Positions 1 to 13,047 are shown, numbered from the stretch's first letter. The stretch is DNA of 64,000 nt from Macrostomum lignano (GCA_002269645.1 NIVC01001223.1:62001-126000), one strand, 5' to 3'. The notes: generated from the sequence alone by a model not told the origin. Translations and numbers: made by a program.

Positions 1-685
1 AGCTGGGATCTATAGATACTGATGGGTGATCTGGGATCTACAGATACTGATGGGTGATCTGGGATCTACAGATACTGATGGGTGATCTGGGATCTACAGA
101 TACTGATGGGTGATCTGGGATCTGTAGATACTGATGGGTAAGCTGGGATCTATAGATACTGATGGGTGATCTGGGATCTATAGATACTGATGGGTGATCT
201 GGGATCTACAGATACTGATGGGTGATCTGGGATCTACAGATACTGATGGGTGATCTGGGATCTACAGATACTGATGGGTGAGCTGGGATCTATAGATACT
301 GATGGGTGATCTGGGATCTACAGATACTGATGGGTGATCTGGGATCTACAGATACTGATGGGTGAGCTGGGATCTACAGATACTGATGGGTGAGCTGGGA
401 TCTACAGATACTGATGGGGGAGCTGGGATCTACAGATACTGATGGGTGAGCTAGGATCTACAGATACTGATGGGGGAGCTGGGATCTGTAGATACTGATG
501 GGTGATCTGGGATCTACAGATACTGATGGGTGATCTGGGATCTACAGATACTGATGGGTGAGCTGGGATCTACAGATACTGATGGGTGATCTGGGATCTA
601 CAGATACTGATGGGTGATCTGGGATCTGTAGATACTGATCGGTGAGCTGGGATCTGTAGATACTGATGGGTGAGCTGGTATCTGT
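1..685. repeat. 28-bp tandem repeat (CTGGGATCTACAGATACTGATGGGTGA[T/G]), about 24 copies, inside a PSMC3 intron; open at the window edge
   Basis: CTGGGATC recurs at 3, 31, 59 and onward. Confidence 0.95.
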
Positions 686-791
686 TGAGACTAGCTGTGA
701 TGATTTGGAATCTGTAGGGATTAATGGAGATTATCGAGAATCTCATTCTAAATTAAAAAAACTATCTTAAAATGCAAAAAGCTACATTTAC

Positions 792-897
792 CAGTGCCAG
801 GAGGTCCATAGAGCAAGACACCCTTCGGCGGCTGAATCCCAATCGACTTAAATCGCTCCTTGTGTGTCATTGGCAACACAACAGCCTCGATTAGTTC
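792..897 (-). CDS. PSMC3: 26S proteasome ATPase Rpt5/6A, coding exon 3 ([36 protein letters not shown], Walker A); the gene continues left of the window
   Basis: ttttttag acceptor, G|gtaaat donor; in phase with the previous exon; AAA-ATPase Walker A motif. Confidence 0.95.
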
Positions 898-1084
898 CTA
901 AAAAATAGTACAATTCGTATTGATGACAGCTGAAGGAATTAACAGTTGAACTGCCGTGACTTCCCGTTCAGTCTCTACAGTTCGGTGCGCGCAAGGGTTC
1001 AAGACTCAAGTCATTGTCTAGTTCTGAGCCTGGCTATCAAGCTTTGCAGCAGTTCCCATCTATAAAGCATTAATTAGTTATGCC

Positions 1085-1268
1085 TACCAGTTTGGTTGCC
1101 TGTCTTAGCATTTAGTGTCTGTGTCCGTCTGCGCATCTGTCTGTGCGTCTGTGTCTGTCTGTCTGTATCTGCCTGCCTGCCTGACTGTCTGTCTGTGTGT
1201 CTATATTTGCCTGTCTGTCTGTTTGCTTGTGTGCGTGTCTGTGTCTGTCTGTCTCTGCCTGCTTGCCG

Positions 1269-1317
<49 letters not shown>

Positions 1318-1430
1318 TGTATCTGCCTGTATCTGCTTGTCTGTTTGTGTGCGTGTCTGTCTCTGTATCTGTCTGTCTGTATCTGCCTGTCTGCCTGTCT
1401 GCCTGTTTGTCTGTCTGTCTGTCTGTTGAA
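1085..1430. repeat. (TG)n/(TCTG)n microsatellite in PSMC3 intron 2
   Basis: Visible low-complexity TG/TCTG tract. Confidence 0.95.
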
Positions 1431-1458
1431 ATATACAGCTGCTTAAACAATAGTATAC

Positions 1459-1965
1459 CTGAATTTGCTTATCCAGACCGCCGATATCGCTGTACTGTTC
1501 AGTTGGTCTCTCGTCCACCTCCATCGCCTTGACCCTAGAGTCGTACTCAGCCGGCAGCTTCTCCAAGATAAGGAATGAATCCTTGTTAACGCCAACCAGA
1601 TCGGCTGGTTTCAGTTCCTCCGGCGGCACTAGACCGATAACGGGCAGGAAATAAGTCTGCCTAGTGCTAGTTTTAATCACGGCCGATTTGCCCTTGCGCT
1701 GCGAGTCCAAGTCAACATTGGCGCCGTCGGCCTCTTCGGCAGCGTCAATGTCCAGCAGTTCAATTACGTTGGACACTAAATAGGGCAGCTGTTTGTTTAC
1801 TTTAATTTTTTCGGCATTCTCTTTGATCTTTTCCTTCTGAGCGCTGGTCTCGTGGCTAACCCTAGTCAACTCGGAGCGCATAATTCGTATTTCATTGTCT
1901 AGTAGCCGAGTTCGACGAACTATTTCGTCATTCGACATGCGCAGCACCTCGTCGCCAAGGTTGTC
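1459..1965 (-). CDS. PSMC3: Rpt5/PSMC3 coding exon 2 ([11 protein letters not shown]...[17 protein letters not shown])
   Basis: Highly similar to the Rpt5 coiled-coil/OB region; ggacag acceptor, CAG|gtatac donor, phase 0 at both ends. Confidence 0.97.
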
Positions 1966-2729
1966 CTGTCCAGGGATTAAATATGGGCAGTCATTTTTGG
2001 TTTTATATTGTCAAAGGTTTTCAACTGCCTTTTTCATGTGTCAGAATTGCAGTGCCATTTGGCATCCCAGGTCCAAACTCAGGACGGCAAATGGAAAACC
2101 AGAATGCCAGTTGGCATCAGTCAAAATAATCAAAATCAAATGAAATATCTAACACCTACCCTATCATTTACACTCCTTTAGTTTGCAGACTTCTTGTTTA
2201 CAGATTATTCAAATTTGATAATTGATAAAAATTTTAAAATCCTTATGATTATACAATCATTGCTACATGTATTTATTCTTTGAAATTAAAATCATAATTT
2301 TTGGCAATAAAAAACCTAGATTTTAGCCCTATTGAAGTAAATTGAAAAAAGGCATAGATGTCTATTAAGCCTGCCAGTGAGCAGGCAAACTTTGATCTAA
2401 GGTATGCAGCTATACAGGATCACTGTCTATAAGATTACTGGTTCAATGGACAAATTACAAATAAATTATTTATCACCAACTGCTTGTGTGTTAACCAGCC
2501 CCAGCATGGTATACTACATATACTAAACTAAAATATACTAAAGCATACTTTTTAAAAATAATTTTTAAACCTATTTTTTACAATATAGTATACACAAGTT
2601 TTTATTTACCTTTTTTGCAAAGATGTTACAAGCCTTTAATATAGGTTGTCTTTTTTGTTTTTTTCATTTCTCTTTCTAATGATCAGTGACAGTCTTCTTG
2701 GCATATTTTTATGTGAAACTAGCTATCTA

Positions 2730-4140
2730 CGCCCCCCGTTGGGGAGCCAAATAAATGCAATAAACGTTTTTTTAATAAGCTACATGTAGCCTTGAAATCT
2801 TAAAAAATCTCCTGTCAAACTTCTAACCCTAACCCTAACCCTAAATTCAATATTTTGTCCATGAGTTTTTGCATGATGCTTCTATGATTTTTGCATGATG
2901 CTTCCATGATAAACATTTTAAAAAGCTACATGAGCTAAGTTATAAGCTACCCTAACCCTAACCCTAACCCGAATCTTAATGCAATAACCCTGAACCTAAC
3001 CCTAAACCTAAACCCTAATACCAACCCTAACACTAACACTACAGCCTGACATGTGCATAAGTTTGTGAAGCGCTAGTAGTATTTTTAGCTTAGTCTTAGC
3101 GTTGGGGAGCCAAAAATGCAGTACAAGTTTTTTAATAAACTACATGTAGCATCTCTTTGCAATATATCTTAGAAGTCCCTTGTAAGCCTTGACATGTCAG
3201 TAATTCCCCCCCCCACAAAATTTAACATATCAACTTCCCCCTTGACATCTCAGCGATGTCCCCAATAAGCCTTGAAATCTAAAAAAATCTGTCAACCTTA
3301 ACCCTAACCTTAGCCTAACCCTAACCCTAGCCTAACCCTAACCTAACCCTAAAGCATTGAAATTTCAGTAATTCTGAGTCATTATAGCACTACTACAGCA
3401 TTATAGCGATTCCCTGCAAGCCTCGACATCGTAGGGATTCCCAAATGAATCTCTTAACTTCGACATGAAGCTTCTTTTATTTTTTACATTACGCTTTTTT
3501 ATCAGCGATTCCTCCCCTGAGTAGCCAACAAATAATGTAATAAAAAGTTTTCAATAAACTACATGTAGCTTCTGACTTTAGCCTTGAAATCTCATTTATA
3601 CCCCCGTGAGCCTTGACATCTCCGCTATTCCCCCTGTAAGCCTTGACATGTCAGCGATGCCCCCCATAAAGCTTGAAATCTAAAAAATCCCCTGTTAACC
3701 TTAAAACCCGATAAAATATAACCCTCAACCCACACCTGACCTAAACCTAACTTTAACCCAACCTAAAGCCTTGAAATCTCAGCAACTCTTCTCCCTTAAG
3801 CCTTGGCTTTTTAGTGATTCCTTCTTTAAGAATCACAGCACTATAACGATTCCCTCCAAGCTTTGACATCGTAGCAATTCCCAAATGAATCTTTTAACTT
3901 CGACATGACTTTTCTTTTATGTATACATAGTGCTACTTTTATTTTTACATGACTCTGCTTCTATCAGCACCCCCCCCTGTGGCGAGCCAACAAAGAATGT
4001 AATAAAAAATTGAGTAAAGTACATGAACTTTGAAGTAGCTTCTGACTTTTGCTTTAAAATCTCAGAAACCCCCCCCCCGTAATCTCAGTTATTCTCTGAG
4101 AGCCTTGACATCTAAGTAAGTCTCCCCAGCACAGCAATAT
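2730..4140. repeat. Degenerate tandem module of about 400 bp (4 copies) containing (CCCTAA)n telomere-like tracts
   Basis: The recurring head 'gagccaa..aatgcaataaa..aataa(g/a)ctacatgtagc' starts near 2740, 3100, 3520 and 3980; TAACCC runs at 2822-2845, 2950-3030 and 3295-3352. Confidence 0.8.
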
Positions 4141-4154
4141 AGCTTCATTTAATT

Positions 4155-5085
4155 TTTACATGACACCCTTCATGTCTGACATGATGCTTCGATGATTTTT
4201 TACATGACGCTTCCATGATTCTTTACATGATGCTTCTATGATTTTTTACATGACGCATCTATGATTTTTTACATGACGCTTCTATGATTGTTTACATGAC
4301 GCTTCTATGATTGTTTACATGACACTTCTATGCTTTCTTACATGACACTTTTATGATTTTTACATGACGCTTCTATGATTGTTTACATGACGCTTCTATG
4401 ATTGTTTACATGACGCTTCTATGATTTTTTACATGACGCTTCTATGATTGTTTACATGACGCTTTTATGATTGTTTACATGACGCTTCTATGATTGTTTA
4501 CATGACGCTTCTATGATTGTTTACATGACGCTTCTATGACTTTTTACATGACGCTTCTATGATTTTTTACATGACGCTTCTATGATTGTTTACATGACGC
4601 TTCTATGATTGCTTACATGACGCTTCTATGATTTTTTACACGACGCTTCTATGATTGTTTACATGACGCTTCTATGATTTTTTACATGACGCTTCTATGA
4701 TTTTTTACATGACGCTTCTATGATTTTTTACATGACGCTTCTATGATTTTTTACATGACGCTTCTATGCTTTTTACATGACGCTTCTATGATTTTTAACA
4801 TGACGCTTTTATGATTGTTTACATGACGCTTCTATGATTTTTTTAAATGACGCTTCTATGAGTTTTATATGACGCTTCTATGCTTTTTACATGACGCTTC
4901 TATGATTTTTTACATGACGCTTCTATGATTGTTTACATGACGCTTCTATGATTTTTTAAAATGACGCTTCTATGATTTTTTACACGACGCTTCTGTGATT
5001 TTTTACATGACGCTTCTATGATTTTTTACATGATGCTTCTATAATTGTTTACATGACGCTTCTATGATTGTTTACATGACGCTTA
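4155..5085. repeat. 21-22-bp minisatellite (TACATGACGCTTCTATGATT[G/T]TT), about 43 copies
   Basis: Direct inspection. Confidence 0.95.
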
Positions 5086-7775
5086 CATGATTTCTTACAC
5101 TCACTCGCAAAGCAGTTATGACATAATCAACTTCTCAGGTAAGTCAGTATCAGTCTCAATTAAAGTTGACAATATGGTTACGCAATCTAAATCAAGTCTA
5201 GTGCTATATGCTTCCACACTACGTTTTCAACACTGTGACGCAATTGAATTCAGTGTCAAAATTCAGCCAGTACACAGACGATAAATAGAAAGCCTAGTGT
5301 GATGCAATCTATTTTAGAATCAGAATTCAACCAGTCAGTTTTTTCTCTAGCATTCTTACAATGCATTTCAAGTCGAAAAGTTTGCTTGACCTTTGCAAAA
5401 AAGCATGTTTTTTTGAATATTTAATCCCTTTAGCATTTAGCAATTTCATAGCCAAGATATATGTACTGTTACGGAAAAATTTCTGATCGAATGGCGCAAG
5501 TTTGAACAAAATTGGCTGAGCCATTTTTGCTAAAATTGATTGCGCACAAACAAGATTTTCATTTTTAGTATATAGGATATGTCTATTGGCATACATTGGC
5601 ATATAGGACCTAGGGAAGCAAATTTCATTCTAGTGTATACTATAATACAATCCTAACACTAGTGTGTTAAAGTTAAACATTTGCTTGCAACCATGTGTTT
5701 CCTATTCTTAAACAAATCATATAGACAGGAAAATGAAATTTTTGAACCAATTCAAATCAATTTTTATATTTGATAAAATCTATTTGAATATTGACTAATA
5801 TTGAATATGGGTATATTAGTCAATAATATACCCACCTTACTACTTATCAATCTGACCAATAGGCCTACATCTTTCTTTTTATCCAATAAATGCCCCCAAG
5901 ACAAAATGGCCAACCCTACTCTTCCATGTTTTGAGAATTAGTGCCCCATACACCTATGCTCTATAAACTTGATTCTTTATGCTCCACTTTTCCTAAAGCC
6001 TTAAAGCCTCATAAAGCCTTAATTTAAGTATAATATGCTTGCAACTGCTCAAGCACCCAGCTGCTTCTCTTTAAGATATGCCACCTATTATCCCATCCTA
6101 AATTTTCTTTCTCATTTATGAACCAAAATCCTTAAACTTGACTTGTCAACTCGAGAATTTTTTTAATTTCTAAATATAAATGATCATTTAAACTTTTCTT
6201 TTCTTAGAATACATTAACATTAGAACAAAGATAAAGGGTTGCAATCAAAAATGTCATTTGGCATGCTTGGCATGCATGAAAACAGTTGACTAAAAATGTT
6301 GGCATACTTGGTGTGAATTCATGCCTTTGCCACTTTCCTAAGCATAGGCTATTTGCAATGCATTTAGAGGAATTTTGTTAGTGCTAGCTTTATCTTATCA
6401 ATGCTTTTGGCCACATTATATACTAGATTGCCTATTATTACCTTTGCTAGGTTTTGACACGAATAGATATATTCCGAAATTTTGATTTTAATTTTCCAAA
6501 TTTTGTAATATTTAGGAGCAAATTTTGATTTCAAAAAATTTCAGAAGTCCAAATTTTGAAAGTGTCTAGTTGTGAAATTTTTTATCTAATTTTAATATTC
6601 TTAGAAGTTTGTTACTATGTTGAATCAGTGATATGTTTATACTATTTAAAAAGTATTTAGATTTATTAAAACTGTTTTATAAATATAGCATATTTGCAGA
6701 AATGTAGAAGTTTTTGTAAATTTTGCAGAACTTAACTGTAAAGGCATTTGCTATTATATTGTGTATTTTGTGCATATTATGTCAGTACAGATACATATAC
6801 AGTTTATACAATTATGTGTTATTGCTATTCAGTAATATAATGTACATGTATATTAACCTACTAGCTTACATTGAGTGATATTACATGTATATATAAAAGA
6901 TACAAGAGAGACAGACAAAGGCACTATGCATAAAGATAAGTATATACAATGATAGTATACAATGCCAAGTCCCAAGGGGTAACTATAGATTTTATAGTTT
7001 TTGCAGTGAAAAAGTATTTGAATTCAAAAGAGCAATCAGAACTCTATATATCTAGCGACTAATTTATCCTATATGCATATAGGCCTATATTTTGTTTTGC
7101 ATTAGCAGTAAATAAAAAATAAAAAAATGAATGTTTCTCATGCTAAATTCGTTTTTCTGAATTTTGATTTAGGAAAATTTCAATTTTATTTTCAATTTTG
7201 ATTTTAAAAAGTAGTGAATTTTGATTTCAATTTCAATTTTGAAAAAAAACTTTTAAAATACCTCTAGATGCAAATCTTGACACTCATTGTATCATTGTTT
7301 CTAATTACTTGTTTCATTGTTTACCAGGTTTGTGTACTAATTTGAAATTAAAAACTTTGAAATTTCAAATTGTTAAGAATTGATATGAATTTCTGGAGAT
7401 AGAAAAAAATTGTTATTTTATTGTTTCAATAGATTGGGGTACATCCAAAAATGCTAAAATCAGCTTCTTAAGTGAAGAAAATGTAAAAAAACATTGAAAA
7501 GATACTTACACAAACAATTTAGGAAGAATACCAAAAGGCAAAACTTTAAGCCTAGTTAGGCCTAGTTATATTAATAGGCCTAATACAATTGAATTAATTC
7601 CATCCAAGCCTTGACATCTTAGAAATCCCCCCAAGCCTTGAAATTTCAGCAATTCTCTCAGTAAGCCTTCACATTGCAGGATTTCCCCCAGAAAGATGCC
7701 AATTAGTTGAGTCTACTCTAGGCTAGCCAAGAATGATGATGCATCAAACAAACATAATTATTCCAGAAAGTTTAC

Positions 7776-7826
7776 CTCAGCATTTTGTTCATTCCAAATA
7801 GCAGTGCTAGGTTTTGTAGCCGTCAT
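7776..7826 (-). CDS. PSMC3: Rpt5/PSMC3 coding exon 1 (MTATKPSTAIWNEQNAE)
   Basis: ATG, 17 codons, GAG|gtaaac phase-0 donor; resembles the Rpt5 N-terminus (..W.E..E-D.LG.EVL.MS) and joins exon 2 in frame. Confidence 0.85.
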
Positions 7827-8284
7827 TTTGTTTGATAAAGATGTGTTTAGAATATAGTTTATTATTCTTAGAACTAGAAGCTAGTTACTAGTTTCAGATC
7901 TATAGACTATAGTATTAAAAGTCTTAGTAGTATACTATATCTATATCGCCTAACTAATCAATCAAGAAATTTGAAAAAAAGAAAGACAGCAAAAATACAC
8001 TCGGTTATCAAAACAGGATAAATTAACAGACTTTATTCAGTTCAGTTTAATTCAGCGCAAAAATTTGTGGAAAATGTGTGCATGTGAATTATAATTACGG
8101 ACCAACGAACATTTAAACAGCGATTAAGCTAGATTAACAAATATTTCAGCTTTTCGCAAAACTTTCTATTCATGCCAAAACATTGATCAACATTCGAAAA
8201 AAATATTCAACTTTATTAATAAATAAATCCTAATGCCTGTCTTGAAGATAAAAATTACATATTTTTAAATTGAGTGAAAATTCA

Positions 8285-8350
8285 ATAAACTCCGCGTAAC
8301 TCGTGCGGCCGGCGCACGCGAGATGCTGCAGTCAAGGTCAGGATAATCAG
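8285..8350. promoter_or_regulatory. GC/CpG-rich core of a probable bidirectional promoter between PSMC3 and AP3M
   Basis: Isolated CpG-rich patch (tccgcgtaactcgtgcggccggcgcacgcgag) in AT-rich DNA between divergent ATGs at 7826(-) and 8496(+). Confidence 0.6.
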
Positions 8351-8495
8351 GCTCTCCACGTTTAAAAGTGTGTTAGAATGATTCTACTTTAGTTTAAATA
8401 CGTATAGTGACGTTAGATAAAAAAATTTCTTGTGTTTAGAAAAAATATATATTAGTAGACTTAAGCGCAGCAGCTAACATTAGTAACAAAGAGCC

Positions 8496-8530
8496 ATGAT
8501 ACATAGTATTTTCTTTATAAACAATTCGGG
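8496..8530 (+). CDS. AP3M1: AP-3 complex mu subunit exon 1 (MIHSIFFINNS-G)
   Basis: Matches the mu3 N-terminus MIHSLFLIN; GG|gtaagt donor. Confidence 0.92.
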
Positions 8531-10317
8531 GTAAGTAAGCAGTGAAGACAGTTACTTAGCTCTGTTTCTAAAATATATTGAATGAAAACATTCTCAATCT
8601 CTCTGTATTAATTTAAGTCTAATAATTATTTACTTATTTATCTCATCTAATTTATTTAGCCTTATAGCATTGTTGCTATTTTTATTCATTTGTAACAAAA
8701 CTCTGTTGATAATAAAAATATATCATTAGTTTAGCATAAGCTGTACTTCGTTCTATCTATTAATGTTTTTTATCAGTGAATGATCTGCCTTATCTAATTA
8801 AGCTAAAAAATACTATATTTTTAAGGTTTATAGATCTATTAAAGTCAGGACATCAAGAAGATCAGAGTAGATTCTAGTATTAGACAAGATCAGATCAGAG
8901 TAGTTAATAAATCTATTGATTTATCAACAATATTGATCTACAATAGGCCTAAACCAATATGCTTTATTTTCTTAATCTAATAATATTCAGGTCAAACTTT
9001 ATATAATCCAAAAGATGGTACATGAGAAAATAGCAATTTGTTTTTTTGATAAATAAATTGTGCATTCTGTTAGCCTATTATGAATATGCTATGCATGCAA
9101 GTACAATTCACTTATTGTATATTATACAATATACATTCTACAGGCCCTACAAGTAGATATAAATATATATATAAAAATATAACTATATTATAAATGTCAT
9201 TTTTTAATCAAATGATAGCCTAAGCTCACTCAAGTTCAAACTCACCTTACCACTACCTATCCCCTCCTCTACTCTATATTATTATATATTTCTTTATTTA
9301 TTCTACTAAAATCTCTTCAACTCACATTTACTTTTTTACTTCTAATACTAACTTCTATTGAATTTGCTGCTTAAAAACACAAAACTTATACTATGTCAAG
9401 AAAAGTTGTTTTGCCAAAATGACTATTTTCTATAAAAGCTACTTAATAAAAAAGTTGCCAAAGTCAAGACAAGGTTATATACAAGACAGTATGTAATGAA
9501 CTAGAGTTATATCTGTTCTTTCTAAGAATTCTATTCACTTATCTACCCCTATCACATAGTCATAACCTAAAGATCATAACCTAAAAGATTATACCTAAAA
9601 GCATTTTGCCACATTAGTTAGACTATGTTAAAATTAAGTGCATTATGCAACTTTTACTATAAACTAATTTTATTTTTATATATTTCAAAATTGTATCCTC
9701 AAATTAGACCTTGAATATGATTTTGCATTTTGCCACTAGTTAAAAACCTAGATGATAAAACAAAATGGTTAGTTAGTTGAAGAAATAAATACATGACAAA
9801 TTAATTCTTAATCAGAATAGTGGACAAAAGCAGAGTTATATCTATTAGCCCACCATATTGTTTCTATAATTATTGTTTATGATATAATACTCAGTAGTTC
9901 TATCTCGCTTAAATTATTGTATTTTATACTTTAGGGCAAATATCCCTTTTTTTAATTTAGATTTCTATAAAAAGGAACTTTTTTAGACAATTCCTTTCTA
10001 TAATTTTTTCCTTATTTTTCTTTTAGTAGCAAAATGCCATAGCCCACAGGGTATCCCCTGAAAAACTTTGCTTTACCAAAATAAATAAATTCAAGCAAAA
10101 ATCAATAAGTATATATGAAATATGAAATATTCTTTTTTATGTACCTTTTAAACAAGATCAAGTTGCCAGACTCTAGGTTCTAGATATTGATCTAGATTTT
10201 ATCCATTACTATTTTATTCTTATACATAATAGCTTCTGCCCATTTTCTGAGCAGAAAATGGCCTCCTTAAGTTCAACTAGCTAGTGTTTTAAAGCCAGTA
10301 TGCCTTATTAATTTTAG

Positions 10318-10396
10318 AGATATATTTCTGGAGAAGCACTACAAACGTGTAATTCCAAAGTCAATCTGTGATTACTTCTTTGAAGAAGTTACAAAG
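10318..10396 (+). CDS. AP3M1: AP-3 mu exon 2 (DIFLEKHYKRVIPKSICDYFFEEVTK)
   Basis: ttttag acceptor, AAG|gtgagt donor; DIFLEKH..S.CDYFFE motif. Confidence 0.95.
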
Positions 10397-10504
10397 GTGA
10401 GTTTGTTTCTATATATTGACTTATCTGTCTTATGAAGTTGTATTCTTATGAAGTTGAAGTCTTATGAAGGCCTGGTTCTCATGACAATTCAATTAAATTT
10501 TCAG

Positions 10505-10723
10505 AATTCCTCTCCAGAGAATGTGCCGCCAATCATTCAGACGCCGAATCACATACTAATCAGCATCTATCGGGCCCAGATGCATTTTGTCGCAGTTTGC
10601 AAAAGCGAAGTTCCGCCGCTGTTTGTCATCGAATTTCTGCATCGCCTAGCCGACATAATCAAAGATTATTTTGATGAAGTGTCAGAGACCAGCATTAAGG
10701 ACAATGTTGTCATCGTGTATGAG
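10505..10723 (+). CDS. AP3M1: AP-3 mu exon 3 (NSSPENVPP...KDNVVIVYE)
   Basis: tttcag acceptor, GAG|gtacag donor; EVPPLFVIEFLHR motif. Confidence 0.95.
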
Positions 10724-11236
10724 GTACAGCAAACTTTAAATGGAGGTTTCTACTGGCATTCTGTTTTTTAGGATAGCAATTGTTGGGTATCCTATGACAA
10801 TTAGAGCTTCAGCTACTATTAAGGGTCAAAATCCTTACTACTCAACGATGGGAACGCCAACCAATGTCACCCGCTCGTTTAATAACATTCAGAACTGTCG
10901 ACAGTCCTTAACCCGAAACTGCGTTTTTCGTTTGCCAAAAAACGTCAAGCACTTAATGGATTTTTCAATTTTTCATTCATAAGTCTTAAGGACCTTCTTT
11001 AGTAGAAGCCAGAGTAGTTAGCCACTCTTCAGGCGACAGTAAAGCCGCAACCAGCAGCGAGGAGACGAGCCGTTACGTCCATTTCGCTGAACCACACTCA
11101 CACCAGGATGTACAGCAGCCCTCACTTTCTCATATCAGGCAGGTACACAAAGTTGACTAACATCGAAACCCAAACTGATGTGACAGCGCACGGTATCAAA
11201 CTCACGGTAGTTTTGGCTCGAGAGACGGGCACGTAA

Positions 11237-11790
11237 CAGCAACAAAAACAGACACAGTCCAGTAAGGTCAAGCGGTCAGGGTGCATCAGTTGGCGCCCCG
11301 GTGTCGGGCGCCTGGCGTCGCACAGCAGGCAGTCCATGTATCGACGGGTTCGATTTCGGGCCTGGCCCCGACTAAAGGGTGAACACAGCAGGACGTCCTA
11401 TAGACGCTGGGGACAGTAGCTCTCAGCCCAGATTACGTGGCCCGCCTATATAGCTTTATGGGCCCTCTCGTCAGCTTGACAGTCTGCGCGGAACAGCCCC
11501 GAGTTCGCCGAGTCCAGCTGCCGCTCTAGCGTGGCCGTCAGCGTCCATGTCTCGGCGTTATACAGCAGGGCGGTCTCAGCCACCACCTGCCACAGCCGAG
11601 CCTTCTGACGATCGGGCAGCGCCTCGGACTGAAGGACGGCCCGGATGGATCGATAGGCCGCCCAGGCGAGTCCTTTGCGCCACCAGATGTCCTTCTCATA
11701 TAGGGGGTCAGACCGGCGAGGTAGATGAACCGCTGACAGCGTGCGAGCGTGGCATTGAGAAGGTGATGGCCGCCATCTTTTTCCGTTGCT
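11237..11790 (-). mobile_element. Decayed 3' fragment of an RTE-like non-LTR retrotransposon in AP3M intron 3
   Basis: Minus-strand translation with breaks gives FIYL...WWRKGLAWAAYRSIRAVLQSEALPDRQKARLWQVVAETALLYNAETWTLTATLERQLDSA...AGHVIWAESYCPQ, a LINE RT thumb/C-terminus, ending in a short (TTG)-type tail. Confidence 0.8.
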
Positions 11791-12202
11791 GCGACATCTT
11801 GCGGCCAGTGTTGCTCGAGTACGGCGTCACAGTGTCTGTTGGATCGCTACAGAGACTGCGACTGCTTGGCGGAGGTGCTCCAGTCACTTGATCAAGAGCG
11901 GCCAAAGTCGGTCCAGACAATGCAGCTTCAGCAACTGCCTTTTTCGGCTTATCCGCCCAGCCTTGCGACTTCTTCCTCTTTCCCAAAATGAATAACTTTT
12001 AGGAGAGGCGGTTTGACTCTGCCTTGCAAGCTGAGCTGTACTTGTTCCAAAAAAGATGATTTGCATGGATCTGGATGGAAAATTATATTGAGAATTGTGA
12101 TTAGGTTCCTAAGTAACCATGGGTATTAAAATTCAGCTGAATCCAACAATGAGAAGTGCATTTTTCCGAGAACTCAACAAGCACCTCTATCACTATCCCC
12201 AG

Positions 12203-12728
12203 CTACTAGACGAAGTCCTTGATAACGGCTTCCCCCTAGCAACGGAGTCCAATATCCTCAAAGAGCTAATCCGGCCGCCTAACCTGCTGCGCAGCTTGGC
12301 GGACACCATGACCGGCCGGAACTCCACCGTATCGGCCACGCTGCCAACCGGCCAGCTGTCCAACATTCCGTGGCGGCGTAGCGGTGTGAAATACGCCAAC
12401 AACGAAGCCTATTTTGATATTGTTGAAGAGCTGGACGCAATCGTTGATAAATTTGGCGGCGCTGTCTGCGCTGAGGTGCACGGCAGCATCGACTGCCTCA
12501 TCAAATTGTCCGGCGTCCCGGATCTCACGCTCAGCTTCGTGAACTCGCGCCTGATTGAAGACGCCAGCTTGCATCCGTGCGTCCGGCACAGGCGATTCGA
12601 AGTTGAACGCCTGCTTAGCTTTGTACCGCCGGACGGCGGCTTCAGACTGATGGCCTATAGGGCCAGTTGCCATGGCAACCTGCCCGTACCGCTCGACCTG
12701 CGTCATACGATTAGCTTCAAACAGGCTA
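12203..12728 (+). CDS. AP3M1: AP-3 mu exon 4 (LLDEVLDNGFPLATESNILKELI...ISFKQA)
   Basis: ccccag acceptor, A|gtaagt donor; mu-homology domain motifs IPWRR.GVKY.NNEAYFD and LSFVPPDG. Confidence 0.97.
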
Positions 12729-13047
12729 GTAAGTTCATATGAAACAGCTATGGGGCCCATTGTATACTCATGTTTCCTGTAATTTACACCAATTACTATT
12801 GCCATTAGATCCAATATACGAAAAAATGATTATGTTGAACCATATATCTAGGTTAGCTATGTTATTGAATTTGAAGTCTCACGAAAGTAGAAAAGCCTTT
12901 AACAGTCACTAGTACTGCTCCCAGATCTGCAGAATCGCCTTTAACAGTCACTAGTACTGCTCCCAGATCTCTTATTACAGAAGCATTTTCATATTTGCCG
13001 TGAAAACCTATCTAATTGCTCCCACCACGGGCCAAACTGTTTCCCAG

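Noticed and set aside
1-685. Hammerhead ribozyme in the 28-bp repeat (CTGATG)
   Set aside because: The core is CTGATGG rather than CTGATGA, and there is no GAAA or three-stem arrangement
2820-3360. (CCCTAA)n tracts as a chromosome end
   Set aside because: They are short, degenerate and interstitial, embedded in a larger repeat inside an intron
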